Positions 26,099 through 35,858 of a stretch of 64,000 nt of DNA are shown here, in pieces. Position 1 is the first letter of the stretch. Each line of letters opens with the position of its first letter. The notes beneath the pieces were generated by a model, which was not told the origin of the DNA, did not search any database, and saw only the letters and a program-made list of their open reading frames with translations. The stretch spans positions 171,164 through 235,163 of the forward strand of contig JAFGJD010000004.1 of the NCBI GenBank assembly GCA_016929235.1, written 5' to 3'. This DNA comes from Candidatus Babeliales bacterium (GTDB lineage: Bacteria; Babelota; Babeliae; Babelales; JABCYS01). The position numbers and the translations under genes were made by a program.

Positions 26099-26620
26099 TT
26101 AGTGCTCTGCTCGAAGGGCTGTGAGTGCTTCTTGTGCTTGTTTAGCCAAGGGCCTATTCCTCCGGGTCTGAGATTCGGAATCTCCACCAGCTCTAATAAG
26201 CCCGTCTTCTGCGAGTGCTCTCACGTCAAAGGCATTTGCCCAAGCGAATTTTCCCCACCAAGATTCTTTGACCAGATTAAGGTCATTACCAGTTCTACGT
26301 GCGTTCATATACAATCTAGCCAGTCTATCCGCGAGGAAGTTATGCATAGGTAGACGCGCAAGAAATGCAGTGATGAGTATGCCAGCTTCCTTAACATTGC
26401 TTTTGATTGCTTTATGTTTGAAAAGCCCTGTGTCCTGAAGAACCCTATTGGTCGATGGTATCGAGTGGCCTACAAACACTCCAACCATATAACCGCAGCC
26501 TATCATGATGGCAAGAGACCGAAGAACTTCGCCAGCTGTGGGGGGTACAGCAGCATGCAAGGGCTGCGAACTTGGTAGTGCAATGAGCAAGCCTGCTAAA
26601 GCAACTTTATAACGATTCAT
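26099..26620 (-). CDS. hypothetical secreted/membrane protein
   Basis: 173-aa ORF with signal peptide MNRYKVALAGLLIALPSSQPLHA and one further hydrophobic helix. No motif recognised. Confidence 0.55.
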   Translation of the reverse strand: MNRYKVALAGLLIALPSSQPLHAAVPPTAGEVLRSLAIMIGCGYMVGVFVGHSIPSTNRVLQDTGLFKHKAIKSNVKEAGILITAFLARLPMHNFLADRLARLYMNARRTGNDLNLVKESWWGKFAWANAFDVRALAEDGLIRAGGDSESQTRRNRPLAKQAQEALTALRAEH

Positions 26621-26694
26621 AAGGATGCTCCTAAAAAATGAAAGTGGTACAGAAAATTTAGTATTTAATGTATCAGGTTGTTTTTGTTGTGCAA

Positions 26695-26727
26695 GAAAAA
26701 AGGCCCGAATATATCGGACCTTTTTTG
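26695..26727 (-). terminator. probable terminator downstream of the Hsp20 gene
   Basis: GGCCCGA/TCGGACC stem (one mismatch) flanked by an A-run and a T-run (GAAAAAAGGCCCGAATATATCGGACCTTTTTT). Lies 20 nt past the stop on the minus strand. Confidence 0.5.
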
Positions 26728-26746
26728 ATAATCGCGTTAAGCTATT

Positions 26747-27340
26747 TTACAGTGGCAATTCTGTTTTGTCGCCTTGTATGAGTTCCTTTTCATACTCTTG
26801 CGTTACTGCCTTAGTTGCTTCATCTACTGCTGTCTTTGATTCCTCTGTAGCGATTGCGATGGTAGTTGGGCCTTGTTTGACCAGTGGCATTGTGATGATA
26901 AGGATACCATCCTTATACGAAGCAATTGTTCTGGCGGCATCAACTTCATGTGGAAGTGAGCGAATAAACTCGTACGCGCGCGCAGTTTCTGCATGGTCAT
27001 CACGCGCTGAACTACGGGCTGACAATTTTAACATGTTGCGCTCGATACTGAGTTTAAAATGATCAGGATCAAAGTTAGGAAGGACAAGGGAAGCTATTAG
27101 GCTTCCATCCTTTGTTTCCAGTTTCATTGTTGCTTGTGATTCATGATCTGAGAATGCATCAAAAAAACTATCCCAACGATTATCGAAAAAAACATCGAAG
27201 CGCTTATTGAGCTCTTCGAATTCGTGATGAACTCTATCGAACTCCTCTAAAAGTGCGTCGTGTATGGTAGCATTTTTTGCATTAAGCACTCCTAACTGAA
27301 CGATAAGTAACGTTGCTACAAAAGCGTGTCGTAGATTCAT
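26747..27340 (-). CDS. Hsp20/alpha-crystallin family protein with signal-peptide-like N-terminus
   Basis: Alpha-crystallin domain features: ..LVLPNFDPDHFKLSIERNMLKLSA.. and ..RSLPHEVDAARTIASYKDGILIITMP.. (the A-x-x-x-nGvL-x-i-x-P motif). N-terminus MNLRHAFVATLLIVQLGVLNA. Confidence 0.8.
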   Translation of the reverse strand: MNLRHAFVATLLIVQLGVLNAKNATIHDALLEEFDRVHHEFEELNKRFDVFFDNRWDSFFDAFSDHESQATMKLETKDGSLIASLVLPNFDPDHFKLSIERNMLKLSARSSARDDHAETARAYEFIRSLPHEVDAARTIASYKDGILIITMPLVKQGPTTIAIATEESKTAVDEATKAVTQEYEKELIQGDKTELPL

Positions 27341-27436
27341 AAAAGCCTCCTCTATTTACGTAATTTTGCGTTAACGCTACGCTTACCAAGCAGAAACACT
27401 ATAGCAAAAATACCCCTTGATTTAAATAGGATAGAT

Positions 27437-28168
27437 ATGACCAAAAAGCGAGTAGAGCTACAAACTGAGTTACTATATGGGCTCCATCCTGTTCATGAGG
27501 TGCTTCTTGCCAGGCGGCGCAAACTGGTCAGACTCTACACGACGAAACCTGAGCCAAAGGGCTTTGCTCAGATAAAAAAACTTATTCAAAATCAACGGGT
27601 TCCTATCCAATATGTCCCCCGAGCAACCTTAGCCTCGATGGCACAAACAACAGATCATCAAGGTGTAGTTGCATATGCTGCTCCATATCCATTTAGGAAA
27701 AAACCATTTGATACACAAAAGCATCCCTTTTTAATCATGCTTGATGGCATTCAAGATCCACGGAATCTTGGAGCGATTCTTCGTTCTGCGTATTGCATTG
27801 GAGTTGATGGTGCCATGGTAACACAAAAACAATCCGCGCCACTCAATGCGGTGGCCCTTAAATCATCAGCAGGGCTTGCTGAGCGTCTTGAGATTATGAT
27901 GGTGCCATCAGCGCAGGCGGCTGTGCATCTTTTAAAAGAATCTGGTTATTCATTGTACTTGGCGACGACGGATAAAGCTCACAATGCTCTTGAAGTTTCT
28001 TATGCAAAACCTTTGTGTGTTGTCATTGGAAGTGAGGGACAAGGAATAACGACCGCCATCTTACATGAAGGCGAGCGCATTCAGTTGCCTCAGGTCGCAG
28101 ACGATGTGTCATACAACGCATCAGTCGCTGCAGGGATCCTTCTCTTTCTTATTCGTCATCGCATATAG
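27437..28168 (+). CDS. rlmB: SpoU/TrmH-family 23S rRNA 2'-O-methyltransferase (RlmB-like)
   Basis: N-terminal substrate-binding-like segment (LYGLHPVHEVLLAR) and SpoU motifs GIQDPRNLGAILRSA, VIGSEGQGI and SYNASVAAGILLF. Confidence 0.85.
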   Translation: MTKKRVELQTELLYGLHPVHEVLLARRRKLVRLYTTKPEPKGFAQIKKLIQNQRVPIQYVPRATLASMAQTTDHQGVVAYAAPYPFRKKPFDTQKHPFLIMLDGIQDPRNLGAILRSAYCIGVDGAMVTQKQSAPLNAVALKSSAGLAERLEIMMVPSAQAAVHLLKESGYSLYLATTDKAHNALEVSYAKPLCVVIGSEGQGITTAILHEGERIQLPQVADDVSYNASVAAGILLFLIRHRI

Positions 28169-28313
28169 CAAAGCTGAATTGCGATATGCTATATGCCTTC
28201 TTTATTATGAGGCTCGCTATCAAAATATTGACTATCATAACGCAGAAACGTTATGAAGATAGGAGATCATTTGCATAAAAGGGATATGCAATGGTGGAAA
28301 GAGGAGAGTGGTA

Positions 28314-29060
28314 ATGAAGGCCGTACGAAGTGCCGTCATCTTGGGCATGGTAGTGCTCGCCGTGATGTGGAGCTTTGCACGTAAGTCCACACCGGTTCCG
28401 GCTGTGGTGCTCTTTTCTTTTGATGAATTTCTTTCACGTTCTGAACAGGACAAACTTATTATCTATTGTGCGGATCATATTCGATCGAAAGGGCTTGTGG
28501 GATTGCAAGCCGTTAAGGATGTATTTGCTTCGTTGGCAGATATATCAGCGAGACGAGCATCATCAAAAGCATTTACTGTTCATGTAACGTCTGCGCAGCC
28601 GAGATTATTTGTTAACAACACATATGTTCTTGCACAGGGTCCGGTATTATTGCCGTGTAGTGTCTATGCGCAAACAACACTGGAACAGCTGCCAAAAATG
28701 ACCGTTGCGCATGATGAGTTTCGGCGCACGACACTTCCCAGGGATATGGAGTCATTTATCGTTAATAACGGAAGCGATATGCTACATCAGTTTGATGTAA
28801 CGTGGCTAAGCCCAACATCTATTATTGCATATAACAGGGATGCTCGTGATTTTGCAATTTTGTGTGGCCAGGAGACGGTACCAAATCGAGAAGGTATTGC
28901 TACATGTCGCTCAATCTACACACAGCTCAAACCAAAGTTACAACAATGCGTTTGTGCTGATGTTCGCTTTGATAATCAAATTATTGCGTTTTATGAAAAA
29001 AAAGATCTGTTACAACAGGAACCATGTAGTGACATGATAATCAGGAAGGGGATCAGGTAA
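28314..29060 (+). CDS. ftsQ: FtsQ/DivIB-like cell division protein
   Basis: Short cytoplasmic N-terminus and a single TM (AVILGMVVLAVMWSF), followed by a periplasmic domain. Lies immediately upstream of ftsA with a TAATG overlap. Assignment rests mainly on position and topology. Confidence 0.6.
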   Translation: MKAVRSAVILGMVVLAVMWSFARKSTPVPAVVLFSFDEFLSRSEQDKLIIYCADHIRSKGLVGLQAVKDVFASLADISARRASSKAFTVHVTSAQPRLFVNNTYVLAQGPVLLPCSVYAQTTLEQLPKMTVAHDEFRRTTLPRDMESFIVNNGSDMLHQFDVTWLSPTSIIAYNRDARDFAILCGQETVPNREGIATCRSIYTQLKPKLQQCVCADVRFDNQIIAFYEKKDLLQQEPCSDMIIRKGIR

Positions 29061-30292
29061 TGGCACGAATAGCTCAGGATACGGTATGGACTGCAATTGA
29101 TATTGGAACAACGAAAATATGCGTGTTGATTGCACAACATCTGGGTGATAATACATTTGACGTTTTGGGCTTTGGAAAGACCCCTTCTGAGGGATTGAGC
29201 AAGGGTGTTGTAGTTGATATTGCTAAAACGGTGGGATCAATTAAACGAGCTGTTCAGGAAGCTGAGTTGATGGCCGGTATGACTATCGACGTTGCTCATA
29301 TTGGTGTTTCTGGTGCTCATATTAAGTCACTTAATTCACATGGCGTTGTGCCTATAAAACGTGGCGAAGTGCGGCATGAAGATATACAAAATGTTATTGC
29401 CTCAGCGCAGGCGGTACCTGTTCCTGAGGGGCAACAAATTCTTCATGTCTTACCGCAATATTTTGTTGTGGACGGTCAAGAAAAGGTTCAGGATCCTCTT
29501 GGAATGTACGGTATTCGCCTTGAAGCACAAGTTCATATTATTACTGGTTCGGTGGCGTCGGTACAAAATCTTATCAAATGTTGTGAAATGGCAGGCGTAA
29601 GAGCTGGAGATATTGTTTTGGAGCAGCTTGCATCTGCTGAGGCAGTATTAACAAACGATGAACGGGAGTTGGGTGTTGCCGTTCTTGATATTGGGGGCGG
29701 GACGTCTGATCTCGCCTTATATCAAAATGGAAGTATTCGACATACCATGGTCCTTCCGATTGCAGGGAATCACTTCACAAATGATCTGGCTATTGGATTA
29801 CATACTACACTCAGAGATGCCGAGCGGGTGAAACGAGAGCATGGTCTGGCCTTGCTTGAACTTTTAGAAGATGACGATGTACTCGAAGTAGAAATGGTAC
29901 AGGGAAATGAAAAGAAAATTATTTTCCTGAAGGACTTAGTGTCAATCATTCAGCCGCGTTCTTATGAGTTATTGTCATTGGTACATGAAGAAGTGATCAA
30001 ATATCATTTACAAGCATTTATGCGATCTGGGCTTGTTTTAACTGGTGGCGGATCGCTTTTGCGCGGCATGAAAGAGCTTGCAGAGGAGCTGTTTGAAGTT
30101 CCGGTTCGTATTGGTGTGCCGTCATCAAGTTATGCCTTGCCGGATGTATTGCAGTCTCCGGTTTACGCGACGGCATACGGATTATTGGTACATGTGGTCA
30201 AAAAAGAAGGGGGACGCGCGTTCACACGAGAAGGCTATGTTGTAGGTAGAATTTTGGATCGAATGAAATCTTGGGTATCAGATTTTTTTTAA
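29060..30292 (+). CDS. ftsA: cell division protein FtsA
   Basis: Actin-fold motifs AIDIGTTKICVLIA and VLDIGGGTSDLALY, and a C-terminal amphipathic tail (..MKSWVSDFF). Confidence 0.95.
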   Translation: MARIAQDTVWTAIDIGTTKICVLIAQHLGDNTFDVLGFGKTPSEGLSKGVVVDIAKTVGSIKRAVQEAELMAGMTIDVAHIGVSGAHIKSLNSHGVVPIKRGEVRHEDIQNVIASAQAVPVPEGQQILHVLPQYFVVDGQEKVQDPLGMYGIRLEAQVHIITGSVASVQNLIKCCEMAGVRAGDIVLEQLASAEAVLTNDERELGVAVLDIGGGTSDLALYQNGSIRHTMVLPIAGNHFTNDLAIGLHTTLRDAERVKREHGLALLELLEDDDVLEVEMVQGNEKKIIFLKDLVSIIQPRSYELLSLVHEEVIKYHLQAFMRSGLVLTGGGSLLRGMKELAEELFEVPVRIGVPSSSYALPDVLQSPVYATAYGLLVHVVKKEGGRAFTREGYVVGRILDRMKSWVSDFF

Positions 30293-30301
30293 GGAGTAGT
30301 G

Positions 30302-31510
30302 ATGATCGAATTTGAAAGGGAGAAAGAGAATTTATCGGTTGCAGTGGTAAAAGTAGTTGGTGTTGGTGGTGCAGGCGGCAATACGCTTAACAGCATGATA
30401 GAAGCTGGTTTTGAGGGCATTGAATTCATTGCAACCAATACTGATGCACAAGCATTACGGATGTCGAAAGCTTCGCATTGTATTCAACTCGGTGTGAAAT
30501 CTACCAAGGGGTTAGGGTCAGGGGCAAATCCAGAACTCGGTAGACGAGCGGCAGAAGAAGATCTTGATAAGGTGTTAGAAGCTGTAGGTGATGCTGACAT
30601 TGTATTCTTGTCTGCTGGTATGGGCGGTGGTACCGGATCAGGTGGTTTGCCTGTTATTGCGCGTGCACTCAAACAAAACGGCATTCTTACCGTTGCCATC
30701 GTAACGAAACCGTTTGTGTTTGAAGGGAAACGGAGAGCTCGTATTGCAGATGAAGCGATAGAGGCTTTGAAGTCTGATGTAGATACATTGATTGTGATCC
30801 CAAATCAGAAGCTTTTGGGCGTTGTTGACCAAAACGTTTCGATGATTGATGCGTTTTCTATGATCAATAATATTTTGAATCAATCGGTTAGAGCTATTTC
30901 AGACATTATTTCTAAGCCGGGACATATTAATGTTGATTTTGCAGATATGCGTGAGATCATGCAAGGCATGGGGCTTGCTGTTATGGGCACCGCTCGTGGA
31001 ACGGGCGAAAGCCGCGCACGTCGTGCTGCAGAAGAAGCAATCAGCTCACCATTGTTGGAGAATATGTCTATTGCTGGCGCACGCGGTGTTTTGCTGAATA
31101 TCTCGGGTGGTGTGGATCTTGGGCTTCATGAAATTAGTGAAGCTGCATCTGTTGTCTATGAACAAGCAGATGAAGATGCAAATATCATTCTTGGATCAGT
31201 GATTAACCATGACTTGCATGATGAGATTGTGGTGACCATTATCGCAACAGGGTTTAATACTGAGAAGAAACAAAAACCACAACTAGCAAAGAAGGAAGTC
31301 GATATTAAGCAAGCGGTATTAAGTGCAGCAGAGCTTCTTGATGAGCCAGAACATGAAATTGTTGCCGCACCGCAAGAGATTGCACCAAAAGAGCAGATTG
31401 CTGCTCCGGTGGAAGATCTTCCAGAAGCAGGAATGCTTGATATTGATGATCTTGATGTTCCAACGTTTTTGCGTAAGGAAATGAATCAAAAAACAGTTGA
31501 TAGTGAATAA
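30302..31510 (+). CDS. ftsZ: cell division GTPase FtsZ
   Basis: Motifs VVGVGGAGGNTLNSM, the tubulin signature GMGGGTGSG, and the C-terminal peptide DIDDLDVPTFLRK. ATG 30302 lies 5 nt after AAGGAG. Confidence 0.97.
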   Translation: MIEFEREKENLSVAVVKVVGVGGAGGNTLNSMIEAGFEGIEFIATNTDAQALRMSKASHCIQLGVKSTKGLGSGANPELGRRAAEEDLDKVLEAVGDADIVFLSAGMGGGTGSGGLPVIARALKQNGILTVAIVTKPFVFEGKRRARIADEAIEALKSDVDTLIVIPNQKLLGVVDQNVSMIDAFSMINNILNQSVRAISDIISKPGHINVDFADMREIMQGMGLAVMGTARGTGESRARRAAEEAISSPLLENMSIAGARGVLLNISGGVDLGLHEISEAASVVYEQADEDANIILGSVINHDLHDEIVVTIIATGFNTEKKQKPQLAKKEVDIKQAVLSAAELLDEPEHEIVAAPQEIAPKEQIAAPVEDLPEAGMLDIDDLDVPTFLRKEMNQKTVDSE

Positions 31511-31528
31511 TAACGAAGAACGATGCGG

Positions 31529-31563
31529 GCGGGTGGCACGGTTTCGTACACCCGCTTTGTTTT
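31529..31563 (+). terminator. rho-independent terminator after ftsZ
   Basis: GCGGGTG (31529-31535) pairs with CACCCGC (31549-31555), followed by TTTGTTTT. Confidence 0.65.
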
Positions 31564-31580
31564 GTAGAACCGTTACGTAA

Positions 31581-31610
31581 TACTCCTCCCGTTCAGACAC
31601 GGGAGGAGTA
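31581..31610 (-). terminator. stem-loop downstream of the AbrB-like gene
   Basis: 11-bp perfect stem TACTCCTCCCG/CGGGAGGAGTA with an 8-nt loop, 9 nt past the minus-strand stop. There is no clear U-tract. Confidence 0.5.
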
Positions 31611-31618
31611 TGGTATTG

Positions 31619-32212
31619 TTATTTTTTGGTTGTGATACTACCAGATGGAACTCCAAGTGATGCATTTACGTCTTGCATTTCCTTATCCATCTGAGCAAGC
31701 TTTGGGGCATACTTGAGACGAAGGGTCAAAAATTCTTTGAGCCAGTCTTTTGAGGAAGAATCACCGTCATACTTTTTAGAAAGCAGATCAAGCTCTCGCT
31801 TGAATTCCTCACTATTAAGCAGCTGGATTTCGCCCATATATTTCTTCATTATTTTCCCGTAGGCTTCTTGCAATTTCTTTGCATTTTCAGTTCCCGGTAG
31901 CCACTCTTCAAGTGCTTTCATGTAATGAGGATCGCTTTCCAAACCTTTGTAGGATGTGCGGAGATTAGCTTCTATCATGTCGAAGACAGGATTTCTTGGA
32001 GTGTTATATGATGCTGACCTTGTATGTATATTTTCAATGTCTAACATCATAGAATCGGTAGCTTTTGCTGCTTCTTCGGCTCTAACTATAAGGGTGTCGC
32101 CCTCTATTCTTAGTTTGACCACAGAATCTTCGTTGATATTCAGAAGGGCTAAGATGCTGCGATCGAGCACTAGAGCATTGCTGTTTCCATATTTAACAAG
32201 TTTTTTAAGCAT
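31619..32212 (-). CDS. AbrB/SpoVT/MazE-type DNA-binding domain protein with long helical C-terminal region
   Basis: N-terminus MLKKLVKYGNSNALVLDRSILALLNINEDSVVKLRIEGDTLIVRA is a swapped-hairpin (AbrB/MazE) signature. The remaining 150 aa are helical and charged. Confidence 0.7.
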   Translation of the reverse strand: MLKKLVKYGNSNALVLDRSILALLNINEDSVVKLRIEGDTLIVRAEEAAKATDSMMLDIENIHTRSASYNTPRNPVFDMIEANLRTSYKGLESDPHYMKALEEWLPGTENAKKLQEAYGKIMKKYMGEIQLLNSEEFKRELDLLSKKYDGDSSSKDWLKEFLTLRLKYAPKLAQMDKEMQDVNASLGVPSGSITTKK

Positions 32213-32296
32213 AGTATTTCTCCTGATAGTGAGGTGTTATTAATGTGCGGCCTAGTAATCATGAATAGTACGCAGTATTTACTAGGAATGATACAT

Positions 32297-32325
32297 AGTA
32301 TTGTATAATGTATCTACATTGTCAA
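32297..32325 (-). promoter_or_regulatory. possible sigma70-type promoter for the AbrB-like gene, overlapping a short palindrome
   Basis: On the minus strand TTGACA (32320-32325) is followed by a 17-nt spacer and AATACT (32297-32302). ATACAT/ATGTAT inverted repeats (32291-32296 / 32308-32313) flank it. Confidence 0.25.
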
Positions 32326-32508
32326 ATATTGTTAGAAAAAAGATTTGGGCATGGCTGGAATGAGGGGGTGCAGGCGTCTTTTTTATAGTATGTATCATCT
32401 CTGGTTGCGAAGGACTTAGGGGATGAGTGGGTTCACATATTGACATGTACCTCTCTTCAATGCATTCCTAAGGTAATGCCCAGAGAGGGCTATGCCCGAA
32501 GAGGTGGT

Positions 32509-33216
32509 ATGTATCCCGACCAGTTCCGTTACTCCTATATATTTAGCGATGCACGTTACGCATTCAGAACACAAGATTTTTCTGGCGAGACTGGCGCATC
32601 ACTCTTAAAGTGTGAGCCCTTTCAACAGATACATGAATGTGACGCTCTCATTTTTTTAAAACAAGTCCATGGGACCAATGGTGTGGCAATAGGATCACGT
32701 GATGAGGCGAAGAGATTTACAGTTTTTTCAACGCATGCAGATTATGCAATGACACATGTTCCACGTGTTGCTCTAGGTGTAATTACTGCCGATTGTGTTC
32801 CACTTTTATTCTATGATTCCAGAAATAGAGTGGTTGCCGCTGCACATGGTGGTTGGCGTGGAACGGTTGCTGGCATTGGGGGCATTGTTATTGATCATAT
32901 GAAGCGAGAGTATGGTACGCACCCAGCAGACCTTGAGGTTCGCATTGGTCCCTCGGCTGGACCATGCTGCTATGAAGTTGGTGATGAGGTTCTTGTACAT
33001 GTTCGGCGCTACTCCTGGGGACATCAGGTTATCTCGGGAAGGATTTTTGATTTGCCTGGATTTCATCATAGATACCTATCAGAATGTGGCGTTCTTCAGG
33101 GAAAAATTCAGATGGAGGACCATTGCTGCACGATCTGCAATAAGGCTTATTGCTCCGTGAGAAGACAGTCGGGAACACTTGATCGGCAATTTTCTCTTGT
33201 GATGTTATCGAGGTAA
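32509..33216 (+). CDS. pgeF: peptidoglycan editing factor PgeF (YfiH/laccase-domain family)
   Basis: Motifs ..YAFRTQDFSG.., ITADCVPLLFYD, AAAHGGWRG, GPCCYEVG and CTICN..YCSVRR. ATG 32509 follows GAGGTGG. The listed TTG 32440 adds 23 residues. Confidence 0.85.
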   Translation: MYPDQFRYSYIFSDARYAFRTQDFSGETGASLLKCEPFQQIHECDALIFLKQVHGTNGVAIGSRDEAKRFTVFSTHADYAMTHVPRVALGVITADCVPLLFYDSRNRVVAAAHGGWRGTVAGIGGIVIDHMKREYGTHPADLEVRIGPSAGPCCYEVGDEVLVHVRRYSWGHQVISGRIFDLPGFHHRYLSECGVLQGKIQMEDHCCTICNKAYCSVRRQSGTLDRQFSLVMLSR

Positions 33217-33304
33217 ATTGTTGATAGGTTGCTTTTTTGATACCCTGGAACCAACGAATATTAGTTTCTAGCCTTGGGGGTATTCCCCGATCGTAAGGAT
33301 CATA

Positions 33305-35854
33305 GTGAGTATTATTCAGAAGTTTTTGACTGTGATGATTGGTACTGCCAACGCCCGTCAATTAAAAAAACTCCAACCAACTATTGATACAATCAATGCA
33401 TTGGAACCTGAAATTAATGGTCTCAGTGATGATCAACTCAAAATAAAAACTGTCGAATTTCGTGAGCGACTTAAGGGGGGCGCAACTCTTGATGATCTGC
33501 TTCCTGAAGCCTACGCTGTTGTTCGTGAAGCCTCCAAGCGCGTGTTGGGACTACGTCATTTTGATGAGCAGCTTATGGGTGGTATTGTTCTGCATCAAGG
33601 TAAAATTGCAGAAATGAAAACCGGTGAAGGTAAGACGCTTACTGCGACTTTACCATTATACCTTAATGCGCTGTCTGGAAAGGGTGCACACCTAGTGACT
33701 GTGAACGATTACCTGGCACGTCGTGACGCTCGGCGCGAGGGTCAAATATATACATTTTTAGGATTGACGGTTGGGATTATTCAACATGGCCTGACGGATG
33801 TAGAACGTAAGACGGCATACAACTGTGATGTTGTCTATGGTACGAATAGTGAATTTGGATTTGACTACCTGCGCGATAATATGAAGTTTCGTTTGACGGA
33901 TTATGTGCAGCGTGATTTGAACTATGTCATTATTGACGAAGTTGACTCGATCTTGATTGATGAAGCACGAACTCCACTTATTATTTCTGGTCCAACAGAT
34001 GAGGGTAGCAAGCTTTATCTTCTTGCTGATAAAGTCGTGCGTCGTTTGCGTGAAAAGGATGACTATGAAATCGATATCAAAGATCGCAATGTCCAGCTGA
34101 CAGAAGCTGGTGTTGACAAGATAGAATCTGCGTTCAGCATCAAAAATCTTTATGCGGTTGAGCATCTCAATATTCTACATCACATTCAGCAAGCTCTTAG
34201 GGCTCATGCGATCTTTAAGTTGGATGTTGACTATGTAGTTCGTGACAATCAAGTGCTTATTGTCGATGAGTTTACGGGAAGGATTTTACCAGGTCGTCGA
34301 TACAGTGACGGGTTGCATCAAGCGTTAGAAGCAAAAGAAGGCGTAAAGATTGAGCGTGAAAGCCAAACGCTCGCATCGATTACTTTGCAAAACTTTTTCC
34401 GTATGTATAAAAAATTATCTGGTATGACTGGTACCGCTGCAACGGAAGCCGAAGAATTCCATAATATCTACAAGCTGGATGTGGTTTCTGTCCCTACACA
34501 TGAATTGATGATCCGTGATGATAAAGATGATCTTATTTTCTTAACAAAAAATGCCAAGTACAAGGCAATTGTTCAGGATATTCAAGAGCGTCATGCCAAG
34601 GGTCAACCGGTGTTGATAGGTACTGTTGCTATTGAGACCTCTGAATTTATTAGTCAGGTATTGTCGATGAGTGGCCTTCCGCATGAAGTATTGAATGCCA
34701 AGCAGCATGCACGTGAAGCAGAAATAATTGAATGTGCGGGTGAACCGGGACGCGTTACGATTGCTACAAACATGGCTGGTCGTGGTACTGACATTAAATT
34801 AACCCCAACATCAAAAGCGGCAGGTGGATTGTATATTCTTGGCACTGAACGCCATGAAAGTAGGCGTATCGATAACCAGCTTAGGGGGCGTTCTGGCAGA
34901 CAAGGTGATCCGGGTGAGTCTCGTTTCTATATTTCGTTAGAAGATGATCTTATCCGCCGGTTTGGCGGAGATCTAATGCAACGACGTATGACTATGGCTG
35001 GCATGACTGAGGATGAGGTAATCGAATCTCGCATGATCTCAAAGATGATAGAGAATGCTCAGGAGAAGGTAGAAAAAGATAACTTTGATAAACGTAAAAA
35101 TACGCTTGAGTATGATGACGTACTCAATCAACAACGTAAGGTTGTGTACCAATTTCGTCGAGATATTTTGGATGGCGAAGAACATATCTTTGACCTTGTT
35201 CGCGATATGATCATTGGTACAGTCCAAGATATATTACTTCGTATTGCTCCAAAGCGTTCATTGCAGCCAGAGCAAGTGACAGAAGCTTTTGATGTGATGA
35301 GTAAGCTAACGGGGCTTCCCGTTGAAGAGTTTCGTAACGCTGGTTTAAATACTGCCAATACCGATACACTCAAAACAGGTTTGGTGGAATTTCTTGTGAA
35401 CAAATATCAGATGTATCGTACTCAGTCAGATGCCCCTGCCCTTAAGGAAGCAGAAAAGTGGCTCATGCTTGAGACGCTTGATCATGCCTGGAAACAGCAT
35501 ATGTTGAACCTCGATTCGCTTCGTGATGGCATCGGGTTACGTGGGGTTGGGCAAAAGAATCCGCTTATTGAGTATAAGCTTGAAGCGTTTGATATGTTTA
35601 AGGAGATTATGGAGCAGATCAGATTTGATGTGGTGCATCATATCTTCCACCTCAATCTTGAACGCTTTAATAGTCATGATATTGAGCAGAAACGTGAGCG
35701 TGAGCTCGAGGCATTGAACTTCATTAGTTCAGGTGATTCTACTACTGGAGATGAAAGCTCGAAAACCTATGCGCGTGGCGAAGACAAGATCGGCCGCAAC
35801 GACCCGTGTCCTTGCGGCTCTGGAAAAAAATACAAAAAATGTTGTATGAAGTAA
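33305..35854 (+). CDS. secA: preprotein translocase ATPase SecA
   Basis: With the GTG start, the N-terminus IIQKFLTVMIGTANARQLKKL matches the SecA N-terminus. Walker A MKTGEGKT, DEVDSILIDEARTPLIISG, TNMAGRGTDIKL, and the C-terminal zinc finger CPCGSGKKYKKCC. Confidence 0.97.
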   Translation: MSIIQKFLTVMIGTANARQLKKLQPTIDTINALEPEINGLSDDQLKIKTVEFRERLKGGATLDDLLPEAYAVVREASKRVLGLRHFDEQLMGGIVLHQGKIAEMKTGEGKTLTATLPLYLNALSGKGAHLVTVNDYLARRDARREGQIYTFLGLTVGIIQHGLTDVERKTAYNCDVVYGTNSEFGFDYLRDNMKFRLTDYVQRDLNYVIIDEVDSILIDEARTPLIISGPTDEGSKLYLLADKVVRRLREKDDYEIDIKDRNVQLTEAGVDKIESAFSIKNLYAVEHLNILHHIQQALRAHAIFKLDVDYVVRDNQVLIVDEFTGRILPGRRYSDGLHQALEAKEGVKIERESQTLASITLQNFFRMYKKLSGMTGTAATEAEEFHNIYKLDVVSVPTHELMIRDDKDDLIFLTKNAKYKAIVQDIQERHAKGQPVLIGTVAIETSEFISQVLSMSGLPHEVLNAKQHAREAEIIECAGEPGRVTIATNMAGRGTDIKLTPTSKAAGGLYILGTERHESRRIDNQLRGRSGRQGDPGESRFYISLEDDLIRRFGGDLMQRRMTMAGMTEDEVIESRMISKMIENAQEKVEKDNFDKRKNTLEYDDVLNQQRKVVYQFRRDILDGEEHIFDLVRDMIIGTVQDILLRIAPKRSLQPEQVTEAFDVMSKLTGLPVEEFRNAGLNTANTDTLKTGLVEFLVNKYQMYRTQSDAPALKEAEKWLMLETLDHAWKQHMLNLDSLRDGIGLRGVGQKNPLIEYKLEAFDMFKEIMEQIRFDVVHHIFHLNLERFNSHDIEQKRERELEALNFISSGDSTTGDESSKTYARGEDKIGRNDPCPCGSGKKYKKCCMK

Positions 35855-35858
35855 GCGC

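Noticed and set aside
26625-27062. 145-aa plus-strand ORF antisense to the Hsp20 gene
   Set aside because: It is fully contained within a minus-strand gene that carries a clear alpha-crystallin signature. Its translation is low-complexity and Ser/Cys-rich with no motif, so it is a shadow ORF.
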